A stretch of 64,000 bases of DNA, taken from contig NW_027271213.1 in the NCBI RefSeq assembly GCF_040938485.1, positions 2,108,001 through 2,172,000 of the forward strand, in the 5' to 3' direction. Under the pieces are notes generated by a model. It was not told the DNA's origin. It saw nothing but the letters and a program-made list of their open reading frames with translations, and ran no database searches. Both the position numbers and the translations under genes were made by a program. This DNA is from Diadema antillarum. Its lineage: Eukaryota. The first letter of the stretch is position 1. Each line of letters opens with the position of its first letter. Below, piece by piece: positions 63,327-64,000 of this stretch.

Positions 63327-64000
63327 CAGACTTAACAAGGGAGCAGGGCATGTAAAAGAAAAAAAAAATTTTGATTGGCTACACCGTACTGTGCCTATAA
63401 GCTCAAAATTTTGTTATTATTAATTCAATTCTACAGAACGTACTAATAAAATTTTATGTACCTACATGTATGCTGCTAGTCATGATCGCATGAAAAGTAG
63501 AAACTAATTAATTCTACTTTGCATGATTCCCTCCACCCCACAAAAAAAAATAATAAAATATCATCGCTCATTGGGTTCTATCAATAGTTTTCACAAAAAA
63601 GGTCATTTACACTGATAGTGAAAGATTAGATGTCAGAAAGATAAAGTTGCTAGGCAACTGTGCTAAAAGCCACCTGAAACATTACCAGAAAAACTGGGTG
63701 TAAGAGGGAGATATGTTTTTTCCCACCTTTAAAGTCCAAAGAGAAAACCACTGCAGAAAATGTTCAATTTTTTTCTAATATGAACTCAATGAGGTCAGTT
63801 GGGGTCAAAGGTTGAATGAGTAGCTCTAGGGCTCATATTTATATGACTGTGACTGCCATAAGGACAGTATGTAATAGACAGCACATGATTCATCCCCCAC
63901 AAGGGCCGATCAAAGTTGCGAAACATTGATTTTGGGAATTTTGGAATTCCCCCTCTCCAAGGACACTTGATCTGTTTCACTTCATTCCAAAACGCCTTCC

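Overview
AT-rich eukaryotic genomic DNA, most likely a marine invertebrate deuterostome such as an echinoderm (taxon inferred from repeat types, not proven). The window is dominated by one minus-strand, multi-exon gene: an LRCH-family protein (leucine-rich repeats + calponin homology domain). I reconstructed 14 coding exons between 53517 and 5885 (2000 nt, about 665 aa). All introns are GT-AG and all phases are compatible, running from the last LRR through the linker and coiled coil to the CH domain and stop. The 5' exons were not found and probably lie beyond the window. The introns carry many non-autonomous DNA elements (piggyBac-, Kolobok-, Harbinger- and Tc1/mariner-type MITEs), microsatellites and a 139-N gap. 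The most interesting items are: (1) a 1.3-kb Helentron-associated (HINE/pearl-like) element whose seven ~161-bp core repeats each keep a perfect RFX X-box, with more X-boxes elsewhere in the locus; (2) a Penelope-type minimal hammerhead ribozyme motif at ~41.8 kb; (3) a possible internal alternative first exon giving an LRR-less isoform; (4) two motif-bearing tandem arrays downstream of the stop codon. No rRNA, tRNA or CRISPR features were seen. Nearly all entries in the supplied ORF track are non-coding noise.
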